A stretch of 63,838 nucleotides of DNA, counting the filler, from Octopus bimaculoides (Eukaryota): assembly GCF_001194135.2 (NCBI RefSeq). It is 4 parts of 4 records of this genome, joined end to end, with 100 filler letters (N's around TTAATTAATTAA, not from the genome) between each part and the next. Parts side by side here need not be neighbours in the genome. Positions count along the whole stretch, not along the records: positions 55,381 to 63,838 come from NC_068982.1; 3 more parts are not named here. One strand, 5' to 3'. Both the position numbers and the translations under genes were made by a program. Below the pieces are notes generated by a model. The model was given only the letters and a program-made list of their open reading frames with translations. It ran no database searches and had not been told where the DNA came from. Positions 63,774 through 63,838 of the stretch are shown piece by piece; position 1 is the stretch's first letter, and each line of letters opens with the position of its first letter.

Positions 63774-63838
<65 letters not shown>

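Noticed and set aside
1-63838. CRISPR arrays, operons, rRNA or other prokaryote-type systems
   Set aside because: No regularly spaced repeat-spacer arrays or dense ORFs; the DNA is intron- and TE-rich animal sequence.

Overview
Eukaryotic, AT-rich, microsatellite- and gap-ridden genomic DNA. The repeat families and density suggest an octopus/cephalopod draft assembly (inference). The only confidently recognisable host gene is a partial leishmanolysin-like/invadolysin metallopeptidase (LMLN, M8 family). It has four phase-compatible GT-AG exons on + (22029-36178), including the HEILH zinc motif; its 5' and 3' exons were not found in the window. The rest is mostly transposon debris: tRNA-derived SINE families, RTE LINE ends (some with C2H2 fingers), R4/Dong-type RLE LINE ends, a rearranged mariner, a Tc1/IS630 remnant, a ~2 kb decayed Helitron, non-autonomous Helitron-like elements and a possible Penelope GIY-YIG remnant. 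Three 44N-TTAATTAATTAA-44N spacers are artificial scaffold joins that split the window into four blocks. The block holding LMLN shows systematic CpG decay of its repeats. The most interesting signals are hammerhead-ribozyme-like motifs in small non-coding repeats. One is a tRNA-headed SINE carrying a minimal type I hammerhead (3 copies, two fused head-to-head). Another is a separate type I hammerhead nested in inverted repeats near 55.5 kb, beside a 351-bp-period repeat with retrozyme-like features. All calls are by eye; no searches or folding programs were run, and repeat boundaries are approximate.
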